Assembly (NCBI GenBank): GCA_963705255.1
Contig: OY970061.1
Span: forward strand, 2,464,001-2,528,000
DNA length: 64,000 nt
Source: an uncultured Methanoregulaceae archaeon
Lineage (GTDB): Archaea > Halobacteriota > Methanomicrobia > Methanomicrobiales > Methanospirillaceae
Reading direction: 5' to 3'
Part shown: in pieces, positions 60,995-64,000 of the stretch
How the letters are laid out: every line of letters begins with the position of its first letter
Position numbering within the stretch: position 1 is the first letter of the stretch
Position numbers and translations under genes: made by a program
Notes under the pieces: model-generated
The model's input: only the letters and a program-made list of their open reading frames with translations
Told to the model about the DNA's origin: nothing
Databases searched by the model: none

Positions 60995-62282
60995 ATGAAA
61001 AATGCGATTCTGCAAGTGGCACTTGATCTTCTTGACCTCAAAAGGGCATTGCAGATCGCCTCAGAATCATTGGATGGTGGTGCCGACTGGATTGAGGCCG
61101 GAACGCCCCTTATCAAAAGCGAGGGTATGCAGGCAATCCGATCCCTGAAAGAACAATTTCCGGAATCGATCCTTGTTGCAGATATGAAAATTGCTGATAC
61201 TGGTGCACTTGAAGTGGAGATGGCAGCAAAAGCGGGTGCGGATATAGTCTGTATTCTTGCCGATGCTGATGATTCTGTCATTTCTGAAGCCATAAGAGCT
61301 TCACGACTTTACGGTGTCCGGATTATGGCTGATCTGATCAATGTCAATGATCCGGTGACTCGCGCAAACCAGCTTGAAAAAATGGGAGTGGATATTATTT
61401 GCGCCCATACAGGTATTGATCAGCAGATGATTGGAAAGGATTCCATCGATCTCCTTACGAAATTATCAGGAGAGATTCATATCCCCCTTGCGGTTGCCGG
61501 TGGGATAAATGCTGATCGAGCCGGAGAAGCTATACAGCGTGGTGCTGAAATTGTGATTGTTGGTGGGAATATTATCCGTTCTTCGGATGTAGCCGGCTCT
61601 ACGAGAAAGATCCGTGAAAAAATGAATGCACCTTCTTTCGGACCACATAACCTAAGATCCTCTGATGAAGAGATCCGTATTCTTCTGACGCAGGTATCTG
61701 CACCAAACGTGACTGATGCCATGCACCGCAAAGGGGCAATGGTCGGAATAAATTCTATCTGTGGCAATGTAAAATTGGTCGGTAAAGCTGTAACCGTTCA
61801 GACGTTCGCAGGTGATTGGGCAAAGCCCGTTGAGGCAATTGACATTGCCAATAAAAATGAAGTCATTGTTATCAATAATGACAACGGGACCCACGTTGCT
61901 CCGTGGGGGGAACTTGCCACGCTGAGTTGTATAAAAAAAGAAATTGCCGGGGTTGTTATTGATGGCGCTGTGCGGGATGTTGATGATATACGGGGAATGA
62001 AGTTCCCCCTTTTTGCAAAAGCTATAGTCCCCAATGCAGGCGAACCCAAGGGGTCTGGGGGAGATCAACACTGAAATACAGTGTTGTGGACAATATGTCC
62101 GACCCGGTGACTGGATTATCGGCGATGAGAGCGGGGTGGTTGTAATTCCTTCGGAACGTGCCTATGAAATTGCACGCAGGGCGCTCGAAGTGAGAAAGAA
62201 TGAAGAGAGAATACGTGAAGAGATTCGCAGAGGAAGTACGCTGTCAGAAGTTGCGCAACTAATTAAATGGGAAAAGAAATGA
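60995..62282 (+). CDS. hxlA: 3-hexulose-6-phosphate synthase fused to an RraA/HMG-aldolase-like domain (1-nt insertion at 62050-62053)
   Basis: [26 protein letters not shown] and AVAGG; WGEL, IDGAVRD and [14 protein letters not shown]. Confidence 0.88.
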
Positions 62283-62289
62283 TTTTATT

Positions 62290-62724
62290 TTAATGGAAAA
62301 CGGATCTTTCCAGCAGTGTTGCACCGGAATTTTGTATTTTTCGTATTGCATCGTCGATTTGATCAACGCGGAGAATGAGTACCGCACCTTCTTTTCCCGA
62401 ATAAGCATAGGAATATTCAATATTAATCCCTGAATCTCCCAGAATTTTTGCAACCTCGTACAATCCTCCAGGCTGGTCTTTCATCTTTACTGCGATAACC
62501 TCGGTAAATGCGATATTAAAACCAAGCGATAACAGCTTATCATGAGCTTTTTCCGGATGATCTACAAGCGCTCTGACAACTCCAAATCCATTTGCCTCAG
62601 CGATACTAAAAGCAAGAATATTGATATTCTCTTCGCCAAGTGCATGGGCAATCGCTGCAAGTCTCCCCGGGCGGTTTTCAGAAAATATCGAGATCTGTTT
62701 TATCACAAATTTTTTTGTGTCCAT
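62290..62724 (-). CDS. ACT-domain protein
   Basis: KQISIF.EN.PGRL, NI.AFSIAE and D.PGGL...NIEYSYA. Confidence 0.9.
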   Translation of the reverse strand: MDTKKFVIKQISIFSENRPGRLAAIAHALGEENINILAFSIAEANGFGVVRALVDHPEKAHDKLLSLGFNIAFTEVIAVKMKDQPGGLYEVAKILGDSGINIEYSYAYSGKEGAVLILRVDQIDDAIRKIQNSGATLLERSVFH

Positions 62725-64000
62725 TTATAACAACCTCTTGTCTATGACTTTTTTTGATTTTCCTTCAAATCTGGGCAATGAACCCGGTTCGACCAGTTCC
62801 ACATCAACGTTCACATTCAACGAGTTCCTGAGCCGGTGCTCCACTTTCTGTCGAATCTGCATCAAATCATTGATTTTGTCGCTGAATGATCCTTTGGTCA
62901 ATTCAACACGGACGAGCATATCATCAAGTGCCCCCTTTCGGTCGACAACAATCTGGAAATGCTGTCCCACTTCCGGAATTGCCATCAGCGCATACTCTAT
63001 CTGTGATGGGAATACATTGATTCCCCTTATTATCAGCATATCATCAACCCTGCCCTGGATCCGCTGGATGCGCGGATGTGTTCTGCCACAGGCACAGACG
63101 TCATCGTCAACCGATGAGATATCCCCAATACGATACCGGATCATGGGAAGGGCTTCTTTCTGGAGAACTGTGATGGTGAGTTCACCCTTCTCTCCCGCCT
63201 CAAGCGTTTCTTCGGTCTTAGGATCAATGATCTCAGCGAGTGCCAGATCTGACCAGAGATGAAATCCTTTCTGTTCTGAACATTCAGTGAACATCGGACC
63301 TGAAAGCTCACTTGTCCCATAGATATCATAAGCCTTGATACCCAGCCAGTCTTCGATTCGGTCACGCATGCCTTCAGTCCAAGGTTCGGCACCAAGAATT
63401 CCTGTGCGAAGTCTCGTGTCTTTTTTAATGTCAACCCCCATCTTTTCTGCTGCTTCCCCGATGTGCAGGAGATAAGATGGAGTACAGGCAATGGCTGTCG
63501 CACCAAGATCCTGCATCAGTTCGATCTGGCGTTCTGTGTTCCCGACACTTGTGGGAAGCACTGTTGCGCCGATACGTTCTGCACCATAATGCATACCAAG
63601 ACCTCCGGTGAACAGACCGTACCCGTAACTTACCTGAATCACATCTCCCCTGCCGAGTCCGAGCGAAGTCAGGCCGCGGGCAAGAGAGGTTGTCCAGGTA
63701 TTCAGATCGTTCTGGGTATATCCGACAACGGTAGGTTTTCCCGTGGTTCCGCTTGATACGTGGTATCTGACAAGTTCATCCTGTGAAGCCGTAAAAATTC
63801 TGTCAGGATAATTATCTCGTAAATCCCGTTTGAACATAAAAGGGAGTTTTTTTACATCGGCAAGTTCACGAATATCGTCCGGATGAACATGTTGATCTTT
63901 CATTCGATCATGATAAAATGGAGAGAAACTATAAAGACGATATACAAGGCTTTTAAGCAGTTTATATTGCATTCTCTGGAGATCCGCCTTTGGCATCTCC
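62725..64000 (-). CDS. paaK: Phenylacetate--CoA ligase family protein (5' end probably beyond the window)
   Basis: SSGTTGKP, YGLFTGG.G, YG.SE..GP, RYRIGD and GR.DDMLIIRG.NVFP. Confidence 0.88.
   Translation of the reverse strand, partial: EMPKADLQRMQYKLLKSLVYRLYSFSPFYHDRMKDQHVHPDDIRELADVKKLPFMFKRDLRDNYPDRIFTASQDELVRYHVSSGTTGKPTVVGYTQNDLNTWTTSLARGLTSLGLGRGDVIQVSYGYGLFTGGLGMHYGAERIGATVLPTSVGNTERQIELMQDLGATAIACTPSYLLHIGEAAEKMGVDIKKDTRLRTGILGAEPWTEGMRDRIEDWLGIKAYDIYGTSELSGPMFTECSEQKGFHLWSDLALAEIIDPKTEETLEAGEKGELTITVLQKEALPMIRYRIGDISSVDDDVCACGRTHPRIQRIQGRVDDMLIIRGINVFPSQIEYALMAIPEVGQHFQIVVDRKGALDDMLVRVELTKGSFSDKINDLMQIRQKVEHRLRNSLNVNVDVELVEPGSLPRFEGKSKKVIDKRLL

Noticed and set aside
60995-62282. 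HPS-RraA fusion as a novelty
   Set aside because: A known architecture in methanogens.

Overview
Chromosomal segment of a methanogenic archaeon, most likely Methanomicrobiales (Methanoregula-like), judged from mch, methanogenesis marker 12, cdc6, CetZ, archaeal ribosomal and tRNA-synthetase genes and porCDAB. Most of 18-64 kb is housekeeping: endA-trpS-pheST, hisF, ahcY, nifB, tRNA-Val, por operon, apgM, cdc6, mch, thrC, rpl7ae-rps28e-rpl24e-ndk, a glycosylation cluster, cetZ, tuf-rps10, cobalamin genes, guaA-A, HPS-RraA and PaaK/ACT. Two things stand out. (1) A tightly coupled six-gene operon at 10.5-17.8 kb: NrdG-like radical SAM, DUF1257/Ycf35, Ycf46-like AAA+ ATPase, a 15-repeat WD40 protein, a motif-degenerate Hsp70 and DUF2997. 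It reads as one uncharacterised chaperone or conflict system. (2) A family of hairpin repeats with the grammar GA-[stem-loop]-GA (core GAGAAGA-palindrome-TCTTCGA, covarying stems, many GNA triloops). About 15 copies lie in two islands, at 5.0-7.0 kb and 38.8-39.3 kb. They bracket small unknown genes in cassette fashion, next to a Hjc/PD-(D/E)XK-like ORF. Many single-base frameshifts, including in core genes, suggest sequencing error rather than true pseudogenes. All product calls come from motif recognition; no database searches were run.
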